From IMG/VR virus record IMGVR_UViG_3300020045_009706, positions 1 through 57,878 of that record: 57,878 bases of DNA, one strand, 5' to 3'. The notes under the pieces were generated by a model. The model ran no database searches. It was not told the DNA's origin and worked only from the letters and a program-made list of their open reading frames with translations. Both the position numbers and the translations under genes were made by a program. Position 1 is the first letter of the stretch; the number at the start of each line of letters is the position of its first letter. Below, in pieces: positions 38,871 through 46,230 of this stretch. The stretch is from a virus. Taxonomy: Duplodnaviria > Caudoviricetes.

Positions 38871-39335
38871 TTAAAATGGTATTTCTTCAGCATCTATCTT
38901 TTCATCAGGATATTCAATTGTGTCTATATCATCGTCTGCAGGCTTTTGAGCACCTTCTTTGACAAGTTCTCCGTATTCATCAAGACTCCATCCTTCAGTG
39001 ACGAGATATGCAACAATTGATTTTTTGCCACCTATGAGTTTCTTTTGAAGAATCACCTTCACTTCTTTTCCAATCCATTTCGATGTGTCACCTCCAAATT
39101 CAGTGACGAGAACATTTATCGTTGCCTGATTAAATCCCATTTTCTTATCTCCATTGCGAGTCTTAATCTTGAAATTAACCTGCTTACCCCAATTACCCTC
39201 TTCTTCAACTCCTCCATCGAGAATCGGGACAATATCTCCATCTTTCAAATCAGCCTGATACTCAACCTTGTCATATACATAAGGTGCTTTTCGTGCGAAT
39301 GGGACACCTGATGTTTTTTTAAAATTTAATTGCAT
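38871..39335 (-). CDS. Putative single-stranded DNA-binding protein
   Basis: OB-fold-like core; acidic tail ending EEIPF. Confidence 0.6.
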   Translation of the reverse strand: MQLNFKKTSGVPFARKAPYVYDKVEYQADLKDGDIVPILDGGVEEEGNWGKQVNFKIKTRNGDKKMGFNQATINVLVTEFGGDTSKWIGKEVKVILQKKLIGGKKSIVAYLVTEGWSLDEYGELVKEGAQKPADDDIDTIEYPDEKIDAEEIPF

Positions 39336-39336
39336 A

Positions 39337-39951
39337 TTATAGTTTGATTATTGTTGCTAATTTATCTTCGACAGATTTTAGGAATTCATTTTGTTGCTCT
39401 TCAGCCTTTTCAATATCCGCTTCGAGTTGTTCTCGTGTAACTTCAATGATGTGGATCGGATGAACCGTAATATCAGGATTGTATCCAACAAAGTATCTTT
39501 TAAACAATGTCGGATTCACGATGAATGCTTGAACGAGTTGCCAGTAGTATTCATCAGGAACTTTGTTTGTGAGCCACATCTTTACATAGTTCTTTCCTCC
39601 TGGACATTTCACTTCAACATCCTCATCTCCCTTTCCTACAATCAATCCATCAGGGGAATACCCGACTTGAGAATTTTCATCATTCTCACAGAATCCAGTA
39701 CGCTCCACTTGCTTGTTCATTTCAAGCTCAAACATTGAGAGAGCTTCAGGTTCGAGTCGAGTTCCTCGATCCATAGGATTTTCACCATCATCAATTCCGA
39801 CAGTAAGACGTTCAGCAATGATTTCATAGAATGCTCCCTCTCTAGCTTTTGGAGTACCCATAATGTCTTTCAAGGTTGTACCAGTTATCTTGCCTTTGCG
39901 GAGATGATGCCACGCATCAGTTCCTTGTTCTATATTATCGTGTCGTATCAT
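39337..39951 (-). CDS. YqaJ/lambda-exonuclease-like nuclease
   Basis: EQGTDAW...RKGKITGT, GTRLEPEA, SPDGL, EVKCP, YYWQ. Confidence 0.92.
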   Translation of the reverse strand: MIRHDNIEQGTDAWHHLRKGKITGTTLKDIMGTPKAREGAFYEIIAERLTVGIDDGENPMDRGTRLEPEALSMFELEMNKQVERTGFCENDENSQVGYSPDGLIVGKGDEDVEVKCPGGKNYVKMWLTNKVPDEYYWQLVQAFIVNPTLFKRYFVGYNPDITVHPIHIIEVTREQLEADIEKAEEQQNEFLKSVEDKLATIIKL

Positions 39952-40429
39952 CTTGTTTCAAAAATCCATCTCTTAATGCTTGTGCGACCTTTATGATGTC
40001 CCCATCATGACGCTCATCGGCTGAAAGCAATCTCCATGTATTCTGTAGTTCTTCAAGACTCTTTGCATCTTCGAGTTTCTTGATGCTCTCTTTCGGTTCA
40101 TAGTTTGTTCCGATCTGAGCAATAACATTTGCGTAATATGTCTTATGCTCTTCAAGAAGCCACTCACGCCAGAAAACAAAACGCTCTTGGAAACTTGGTG
40201 GTTTTTTCTTACCTGCTTTTACTTTAGTAGTTTTAGGAAGTTTCTCTCCCTTGGTTCTCTTCTTAGCAGTTGTAGTTTCAAGAGTTGCCATATGCAGACT
40301 CTCTTTCCACAACTGATCGGCTTCGAGTTTTACCATTTCTAGGGCTGAATTCGTTGCATTAAAGAATGCAATTGATAGACCTTTACGGTACTGTGCATCT
40401 TTTATGATTTTGTCTTGTTCAGCAGCCAT
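39935..40429 (-). CDS. Hypothetical protein, possible recombination partner
   Basis: Directly upstream of the exonuclease. Confidence 0.5.
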   Translation of the reverse strand: MAAEQDKIIKDAQYRKGLSIAFFNATNSALEMVKLEADQLWKESLHMATLETTTAKKRTKGEKLPKTTKVKAGKKKPPSFQERFVFWREWLLEEHKTYYANVIAQIGTNYEPKESIKKLEDAKSLEELQNTWRLLSADERHDGDIIKVAQALRDGFLKQDDTTR

Positions 40430-40430
40430 A

Positions 40431-40643
40431 TTATTTATTTAATTCTTCTGCGAGGGCTTTATAATCAATCCCCCTCAATCCCTGAGGACTTCGTGGTCGC
40501 TCAATTTTTGCACCGAACTTTCTCAATTTTGAGATAAGGTTCATGAGAGTATGTCGGTTCATTTTGTATTTCTTACAAATAGATCCTACTGTTTCTCCTT
40601 TTCGATACATCGTTACTATGCCTTTTATTTTTATTGTAGTCAT
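40431..40643 (-). CDS. Small HTH DNA-binding protein
   Basis: MYRKGETVGSICKKYKMNRHTL...LRKFG. Confidence 0.55.
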   Translation of the reverse strand: MTTIKIKGIVTMYRKGETVGSICKKYKMNRHTLMNLISKLRKFGAKIERPRSPQGLRGIDYKALAEELNK

Positions 40644-40764
40644 TTAAAATAAAATTATTGATAATGGGGAGTGAGGGAGGCTGACTATCTTTACGAGTAG
40701 ACCAGGTTAAGCCAGTCAGTCGTCTTCCAATCAGCCCCATGTATTTCTCAACTCCTATACCTAA

Positions 40765-40813
40765 AGTATACCGCCATACTGCCATACCTGTCAAACCACT
40801 AAGATGTGGATAA
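40765..40813 (-). promoter_or_regulatory. sigma70 promoter with GCCATAC direct-repeat operator and DnaA box
   Basis: TTGACA-18-TATACT; GCCATACTGCCATACC at 40773-40788; TGTGGATAA at 40805-40813. Confidence 0.75.
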
Positions 40814-40945
40814 CTTTTCTTCGTTTATCTTTTCAATTCCTGCACGAATTACCCCACTTTCTGATCCGTATTTTTTCTTATTTTTCTTGACAATCTTGTC
40901 ATGAGTTTCTGATACTCTGTAAGTTCTTTTGATGAGTTTTTTCAT
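40799..40945 (-). CDS. 48-aa ribbon-helix-helix (Arc/CopG-like) protein (not in ORF track)
   Basis: Manual translation MKKLIKRTYRVSETHDKIVKKNKKKYGSESGVIRAGIEKINEEKLSTS: strand, helix, GSxS turn, VIRxxI. Confidence 0.6.
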   Translation of the reverse strand: MKKLIKRTYRVSETHDKIVKKNKKKYGSESGVIRAGIEKINEEKLSTS

Positions 40946-40963
40946 AGATTGATTTGTATATTG

Positions 40964-42421
40964 TTATATAGTTATTCTAGCATATCTGTCAGCATTGATA
41001 GTATCAAGCATGACTTCCATTGGAGTCTTGTTTTCTACAACAAATCTGAATATCACAGGAGAGAAGCCAGATACCATTGTTACTCCTCGTTCATCTTCAT
41101 GAACTGGAAGATTCTTTCCTGAGGCATTTACATTCCAAAAGACAACAGTTGGCAATTTGTATCCTGCTTGCTCATACTTTCTTTTAATGACTTCATAATT
41201 TGTTTGACCAGAAACACAGGAATCGAACTCCATATCAGATATGATATAAATCGTTTCTGGCATTTCATCTTCAGGAGTTGAATTTACGACTGCGGTATGT
41301 AACACGAGATCAAAGACAGCCTGAAGATTTGTGTTCATCTCCCATTCTGATCGTTCGATGCTCATCATCTTTTGAGCAAGATTTGAACCCTGAATTTTTT
41401 GAAGTTTTGGACTTCCTGAGAATGTGAGAAAGTAATCTTGAAATTGTCCCTTATTTCGTTCTGCAAAGTACAATGCAAGTGAAACAGACACAGCCATTGG
41501 TTGACCACTCATAGATCCCGATACATCGGCTACAACGAGAGCACTCTTGCCTTGTGTGTAATCAGGGAGCTGATTCCATAAAGCCTCAAGTGTTTTGGAA
41601 TAGTCTTTTTGGACTGATTCATAGATTTGATGAGGATATAGAGTAGAAGCATTGATCTTAACCTCTCCTTTTTCTGCCTTCTCAATAAATTTTGAATATC
41701 GAGCCTCATCATGCTTTTTGAAAGCATTACGGTAAATACGAGAAGCCTGAGACGGAACGGCTGAATAATTGATATCTCCCCATTCCTTTGCAGACATTTG
41801 AGATTCGACAAGTACAATCTTCTTTCTGATATCACGAAGGATCGTACGGTAGGTCTTGTCTGAGTACGCAAGTTTCTGAGCAAAGAATTTTGCTTTTGCT
41901 TTCGTCTTTGCAGAAGAAGCATTGATTGTCGGCAGCCACTTTGCAAGAAGAGAAGGTTTTTCACTCTTGATGTCGTCTTTCAACTGTTTTCCAATGGTAT
42001 CGAAACAGACCTCATTGTCGAAAAAGAGGTCATCCCATCGCCCATATTCAGCAACATGAACAACAATCTTTTCAAAGATTTGTGGGTAGTCAGTGCCGAG
42101 CCATTCCAAACAGGTTCGGAATAAATCACGTTCTCCTTGTCCTCCTCGGACATCACGGAGATAGAATAAAATTTTGATTGCAAGCAGGTTATCTTCTGAA
42201 AATGCTTTCTTAAAAAGATCGAGTGCCTGTGTAGGACTCTTTCTCATTGCTCCTGCTTGAGCGTAAAAATCAAGGAGAGCAGAAGTTGAACGAGTGAAGG
42301 TTACTGCACCATTCGCTGTTTCTCCTTTTGAACTCTCTTTGAACATAGCACCAAGAAGGCTACTCTTTTTTGAAGTCACTTTTGGTGCTGTTGGGAACGA
42401 AATATTTTTTAGATGTTTCAT
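40964..42421 (-). CDS. DUF2828-family protein: helical TROVE-like N-terminus plus vWA domain
   Basis: RDVRGGQGER, YGRWDDL, LAKWLP, LYPH, MIDAS DVSGSM, NTNLQAVF, ISDMEFD, VFWNV, VSGFSP. Confidence 0.85.
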   Translation of the reverse strand: MKHLKNISFPTAPKVTSKKSSLLGAMFKESSKGETANGAVTFTRSTSALLDFYAQAGAMRKSPTQALDLFKKAFSEDNLLAIKILFYLRDVRGGQGERDLFRTCLEWLGTDYPQIFEKIVVHVAEYGRWDDLFFDNEVCFDTIGKQLKDDIKSEKPSLLAKWLPTINASSAKTKAKAKFFAQKLAYSDKTYRTILRDIRKKIVLVESQMSAKEWGDINYSAVPSQASRIYRNAFKKHDEARYSKFIEKAEKGEVKINASTLYPHQIYESVQKDYSKTLEALWNQLPDYTQGKSALVVADVSGSMSGQPMAVSVSLALYFAERNKGQFQDYFLTFSGSPKLQKIQGSNLAQKMMSIERSEWEMNTNLQAVFDLVLHTAVVNSTPEDEMPETIYIISDMEFDSCVSGQTNYEVIKRKYEQAGYKLPTVVFWNVNASGKNLPVHEDERGVTMVSGFSPVIFRFVVENKTPMEVMLDTINADRYARITI

Positions 42422-42427
42422 ATTTTG

Positions 42428-42484
42428 ACAAGACTCACAAGATATATGGAGCCATCACTGGCGATTTATTTGCTGTTGGAGTCT
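42428..42484 (-). ncRNA. ACAGCAA-stem unit 1: tRNA acceptor minihelix cargo
   Basis: AGACTC-CA-ACAGCAA...GCCA-GTGA-TGGC-TCCA...GAGTCT-TGT. Confidence 0.75.
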
Positions 42485-42506
42485 AAATGATTATTTATAA
42501 TTTATA

Positions 42507-42615
42507 ACAAGACTGTTTTATAATTTAGAGTCTTGCGACTTGTAGGATTTGAACCCACATAATTCTTGTTGAAGAAGAATGTTTTAACCATTTAAGGATT
42601 TGCTGTACCAGTCTT
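42507..42615 (-). ncRNA. ACAGCAA-stem unit 2: permuted tRNA-like cargo with UCA anticodon
   Basis: AAGACTG/CAGTCTT stem; TTCTT-CTTCAAC-AAGAA; T arm GTGGG-TTCAAAT-CCTAC; AGTC-GCAA-GACT. Confidence 0.75.
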
Positions 42616-42635
42616 AGTGTAAGCATATTTATTTA

Positions 42636-42750
42636 ACAAGATGCGTTTAAGTGCTCTACCGACTGAGCTACCCTGGCATTGAGCCAGGGGTTGGACTCGA
42701 ACCAACGACCACTCCTTTACAAGAGGAATTGGGATTGCTGTTAGCATCTT
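42636..42750 (-). ncRNA. ACAGCAA-stem unit 3: circularly permuted tRNA-Thr(UGU)
   Basis: AAGATGC/GCATCTT stem enclosing anticodon arm, T arm, loop-closed acceptor stem, then D arm. Confidence 0.85.
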
Positions 42751-42766
42751 TATATTTTAAATGAGG

Positions 42767-42827
42767 ACAAGACACATTTAATGTTTCAATTTAACAGATT
42801 GATATTTAAGATTGCTGTTAGTGTCTT
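42767..42827 (-). ncRNA. ACAGCAA-stem unit 4: isolated Asn (GUU) anticodon stem-loop
   Basis: AAGACAC/GTGTCTT stem; TCAAT-CTGTTAA-ATTGA. Confidence 0.75.
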
Positions 42828-42833
42828 AAGTCA

Positions 42834-42871
42834 AGTATATGCCAGACCGCCAGACTAGTCAATGTGGATAA
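42834..42871 (-). promoter_or_regulatory. sigma70 promoter for the ncRNA array/DUF2828 operon
   Basis: TTGACT-17-TATACT; predicted start near 42827, the first base of unit 4; GCCAGAC twice in the spacer; TGTGGATAA at 42863-42871. Confidence 0.8.
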
Positions 42872-42872
42872 C

Positions 42873-43208
42873 TTAGAACTGCTCAACCTGCGTTTCTGCA
42901 ATATCAAACTGTTCAGACAGTTTCTCAAGATCAACCGCACTCTTCTTTTTTGCGTATTCTCTTCGAGCTTGCCATTTATACATCTGCTGTAACCTGTCTC
43001 TACATATTTCATAAGTTGAAAGAATAACAGCCCCATTTTCATTTAGAGCACCCTCATCTGCAAGCCAGCGATCTTCATCTGCACGAGTACAAGCTCCATT
43101 GTATTTCAACTTCAAAAGAGTATACAACTCAAGATTCTCTTCTTTGGTATATATTTTTTTCTCTGATTCTTCCTTTTTGGGAAGCTCATCTTTTTTTATT
43201 TTAGGCAT
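42873..43208 (-). CDS. Hypothetical protein
   Basis: Packed ORF. Confidence 0.5.
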   Translation of the reverse strand: MPKIKKDELPKKEESEKKIYTKEENLELYTLLKLKYNGACTRADEDRWLADEGALNENGAVILSTYEICRDRLQQMYKWQARREYAKKKSAVDLEKLSEQFDIAETQVEQF

Positions 43209-43404
43209 CTGTTTCTTCTTCGTTTAATTCAATAATGACAGGATTTTTTGTATAAACTTTTGTAACAGTAATTTCTACGAGATATGAATGATCTTTGTTC
43301 ATATGATTCTTAGGATATTCAATATCATCAGACACATAATTTAGATATGCCATGTTACCCTCTTTCATCAACCCATAAAATTTTGTACCTTTAATTTTTG
43401 CCAT
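43201..43404 (-). CDS. Hypothetical protein
   Basis: Packed ORF. Confidence 0.45.
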   Translation of the reverse strand: MAKIKGTKFYGLMKEGNMAYLNYVSDDIEYPKNHMNKDHSYLVEITVTKVYTKNPVIIELNEEETDA

Positions 43405-43705
43405 CGTTTTTCTTAAGTATAGGAATAATATCTTCTATATCATTTGACGACCTAAAAATGATCCTATTGTCTCCTCCTCGTAATTTAAGACACCAATCCT
43501 TGAAAGACATTCCATCAGGACAACGTGCTTTGATCCACTCTTCCTCGTGATACTTTTTTGCATCAGCTTCAAGAGAAGGAGCACATTTAGGACAGACCCC
43601 CTTCGAGCCGAACAGGATTCCTCCTGATTCATCACTGTTAGTGTAGTCTTCTCCGCATGTGTCGCAGATGACAGTATCTCCTATATCGAATATTTCTTCT
43701 TTCAT
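43391..43705 (-). CDS. Zn-ribbon-like hypothetical protein
   Basis: CDTC and CPKC. Confidence 0.55.
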   Translation of the reverse strand: MKEEIFDIGDTVICDTCGEDYTNSDESGGILFGSKGVCPKCAPSLEADAKKYHEEEWIKARCPDGMSFKDWCLKLRGGDNRIIFRSSNDIEDIIPILKKNDGKN

Positions 43706-43944
43706 ATAATTTTCTTTCTCTTTGAATCTCTTTTAATATCTTGGCAGCTCCATTTCTGTTTTATGGTGCTAATATGATGAGGATAAAAATCCTTATTAAG
43801 AACTTCCCATTTTCTATCTGGCTCTTCACTTGTCTTAAGTGTAATCCAATCCCCTACCTTAAACTCCTTTTCATTTGACAACCATGTAACCATGATTGCA
43901 TTATCGCTCCTGAGAACACATTGATACATCAATTTTTCTTTCAT
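43702..43944 (-). CDS. Hypothetical protein
   Basis: ATGA-coupled ORF. Confidence 0.5.
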   Translation of the reverse strand: MKEKLMYQCVLRSDNAIMVTWLSNEKEFKVGDWITLKTSEEPDRKWEVLNKDFYPHHISTIKQKWSCQDIKRDSKRKKII

Positions 43945-43945
43945 A

Positions 43946-44500
43946 TTACTTTAAAAGATTAAAGATAAATTCGATCGTCTCATCACTTTGATCGGAGAGG
44001 GAGTCTTTGAGGAGGTTCCAACCAACAGGCACATTTTCCTTGTTTGTAAGCATCGCAAATCCTCCTTTATGAGAGTATGCTTTAAAGCCTGCAAAACCAT
44101 TCAAACCATCAGAAAAAGGGAAGACCCAAGTAAACCAATTTTCTTTCCTCCAATTTTTTTTATTATCCCCTATCGCCAACAGCACATCTGCCAAACGGAT
44201 TTCTCTACCGATGATTTCAAAACGGCTCATATCTATATCTTTTGTTTTACTAGTACATCCTCGGACTAATAAAGAAGCACTCATATCACCAGTAACTGGT
44301 AAAATTGACCACCAAATAGAATCTCCTAAACAATCTTTGCCGTGATGACCATACACCTTATTCTCTGCAAGATATATAAAGTGCATTTTTTCAGTATTAT
44401 TTTTATCTATAATTTCGCACCCAAATACTAAATCCTTAATAGACGGATTCGCTTTGATGCAGGCTTGGCGGATGTATTCGATTTTATCTTGTGTGGTCAT
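43946..44500 (-). CDS. Hypothetical phage protein
   Basis: IIGREIRLADVLLAI and WNLLKDSLSDQS. Confidence 0.55.
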   Translation of the reverse strand: MTTQDKIEYIRQACIKANPSIKDLVFGCEIIDKNNTEKMHFIYLAENKVYGHHGKDCLGDSIWWSILPVTGDMSASLLVRGCTSKTKDIDMSRFEIIGREIRLADVLLAIGDNKKNWRKENWFTWVFPFSDGLNGFAGFKAYSHKGGFAMLTNKENVPVGWNLLKDSLSDQSDETIEFIFNLLK

Positions 44501-44501
44501 A

Positions 44502-45179
44502 TTATTTAGTTAAGATCTTGAGTAGTGTTTCAAGAGTGTAGACATCAGGATACTCTTTCTTCACATAATCAAGGGCTTTCATAATCTGAGCATCTGAGAA
44601 GTCTTTGAGTTGAATAGCAGGGCGGAGATGTCTCTTTAAGGCTTGGCTATATTGTGCTTTGTTTTGGAGGTCGGGCTTCCGATGCTCTAAATATAGGGCA
44701 ATAATATTCATCTCTCTCCGAGGGTTGTCTTCGAGCTTTTGTATTTCCTCTTTTAGAGAGAATGGCTTGTCGCTTACAGCGACAATATCTTTCTCTTCCT
44801 TCTTTACATTCTTGTTTGTGTCCGTTTGCTGTCCGTTTGCTGTCCGTTTGCTGTCCGAGGTTTGATAATCTTTCCAGTGTAGTATTGTAATAACACGGTA
44901 TTTTGTATTCTTTTCTTGTCCGATTTGTCCCTCTTTCTCCAACGCTTCGAGAATTCGCTCAATTGTCGTTTCTGGTATCCCTGTATCCTTAGATAATTGC
45001 TTCCTTCCAGTAACCAATTGCCCTTCTTTTATCATAATAATGTTGCCGTTTGTCATATATTCTTTTGATTTATGATTAGCTGATAGTAATAGATGAATCC
45101 ACAAGTGAACGTATGCAGATTTGGAATAGTATCCCTTCTGCTTCAATTTTCTGTGAATCTTGATCCATCCGTTGTCCAT
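44502..45179 (-). CDS. Phage replication initiator (replisome organiser-like)
   Basis: GWIKIHRK...WIHLLLSANH...GQLVTGR winged-helix N-terminus; internal iteron-like repeats. Confidence 0.75.
   Translation of the reverse strand: MDNGWIKIHRKLKQKGYYSKSAYVHLWIHLLLSANHKSKEYMTNGNIIMIKEGQLVTGRKQLSKDTGIPETTIERILEALEKEGQIGQEKNTKYRVITILHWKDYQTSDSKRTANGQQTDTNKNVKKEEKDIVAVSDKPFSLKEEIQKLEDNPRREMNIIALYLEHRKPDLQNKAQYSQALKRHLRPAIQLKDFSDAQIMKALDYVKKEYPDVYTLETLLKILTK
44819..44857. repeat. 11-bp tandem repeat (3.5 copies), candidate origin iterons
   Basis: TGTCCGTTTGC x3 + TGTCCG within the initiator linker. Confidence 0.8.
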
Positions 45180-45186
45180 GTTTCAT

Positions 45187-45215
45187 ATCATACCATAGCC
45201 ATACTGCCATACCAA
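45187..45215 (-). promoter_or_regulatory. Promoter of replication gene with GCCATAC operator; probably leaderless mRNA
   Basis: TTGGTA-17-TATGAT, 7 nt before the ATG at 45179; GCCATACTGCCATACC at 45198-45213. Confidence 0.6.
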
Positions 45216-45240
45216 GAGGAATACCTGTGTATAACTCGAA

Positions 45241-45267
45241 AACACAAAAGCCCCCTTTCGGGGACTT
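45241..45267 (-). terminator. Intrinsic terminator
   Basis: AAGTCCCC-GAAA-GGGGGCTT then TTGTGTT on minus strand. Confidence 0.65.
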
Positions 45268-45330
45268 CTGCTTAATAAATTTCAATTTATAGGCTCACGA
45301 ATCAATAGTCGTTATTGCCATACCTTTACC

Positions 45331-45762
45331 CTAACATAGACCTTCTAAGTAGTCAACTATCTTTTCCTCATCACCCTGTGTATAAAGTTCGATCATGCGT
45401 TCATAAAAGATGATGTCCGCTTTGATTGATTTGTTTTTCATCTGTCGCAATTTATCCACGTATTTTTTTCCGTAACGATCAATCATGGCGAATGTGTAAT
45501 TTATCTTTACTCTCTCCTGTTGAACTTTCATATTGCATCCTCCTGATTGACCGTGCATGTTGTGAGGATGATACCTCAAGAGTGCTCCGCAAGATCCACT
45601 CGGTTCAAAATGTCCTGCTTGAAATTGCTGTCCTTGTGCAGGAGTACCACAATCAAAACAGTATCCTCCAATGTAATCTTTGTTGTTGCTATCTCTTTTT
45701 CTTATGTAGGTATGAGAAAGAGTTTCAAGTTCTTTCTTTGCTCTCTTCACTCTGTTCTCCAT
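45331..45762 (-). CDS. ninG: NinG/Rap-like endonuclease
   Basis: YIRKRD...CFDCG...AGHF...LRY..HNMHGQ..GCN; start uncertain. Confidence 0.8.
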   Translation of the reverse strand: MENRVKRAKKELETLSHTYIRKRDSNNKDYIGGYCFDCGTPAQGQQFQAGHFEPSGSCGALLRYHPHNMHGQSGGCNMKVQQERVKINYTFAMIDRYGKKYVDKLRQMKNKSIKADIIFYERMIELYTQGDEEKIVDYLEGLC

Positions 45763-45997
45763 CAAATCCTTTTTCTTTTTCATCTGCACACTCGCACAGA
45801 ATCGAACTGTGTCTAAAGCGTTTGGAGTGCTTTTGATCTCCAAGATCACGAATGTATTTAGGTTGCCAATATCCACCGTAATATTTACGACGTACATGAG
45901 CACGATGTCCTTGATTGTGTCTTTTATAATTCATTACATCGTGGTTGAACATTGTTGGCTGCCTAGTCCCTGATGAGGGGAGGGCTATTATTTTCAT
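45725..45997 (-). CDS. Hypothetical protein
   Basis: ORF between tRNA cluster and ninG. Confidence 0.3.
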   Translation of the reverse strand: MKIIALPSSGTRQPTMFNHDVMNYKRHNQGHRAHVRRKYYGGYWQPKYIRDLGDQKHSKRFRHSSILCECADEKEKGFDGEQSEESKERT

Positions 45998-46010
45998 TCA
46001 ACCGCCATTG

Positions 46011-46081
46011 CTGATCCACTTGGACTCGAACCAAAATTCTTCGGTTAACAACCGAGCGTTCTACCTTTGAACTATAGATCA
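46011..46081 (-). tRNA. tRNA-Asn (GTT), CCA not encoded
   Basis: TGATCTA/TGGATCA acceptor, GTTC/GAAC D arm, TTGTTAA loop, TTCGAGT T loop, G discriminator. Confidence 0.85.
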
Positions 46082-46159
46082 ATATCTGGGCGTAATATGA
46101 ATAGTGTTCATGCGGAGGCTTGCAACAACCTCATTCTAAGAGCATATTCGTTTCCAGTG

Positions 46160-46230
46160 CTGAGAAGGTAGGAATCGAACCCACATTCAGCGATCCAAAG
46201 TCGCCTGTACTTCCATTATACGACTTCTCA
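46160..46230 (-). tRNA. tRNA-Gln (TTG), CCA not encoded
   Basis: TGAGAAG/CTTCTCA acceptor, GGCGA-CTTTGGA-TCGCT, GTGGG-TTCGATT-CCTAC, G discriminator. Confidence 0.9.

Noticed and set aside
42428-42827. CRISPR array reading of the four repeated units
   Set aside because: Inserts vary widely in length, repeats are split covarying stem halves, inserts are tRNA parts, and no cas genes are present
45965-45990. CTGATGA hammerhead ribozyme core
   Set aside because: No downstream GAAA and stem III arrangement; explained by a simple hairpin
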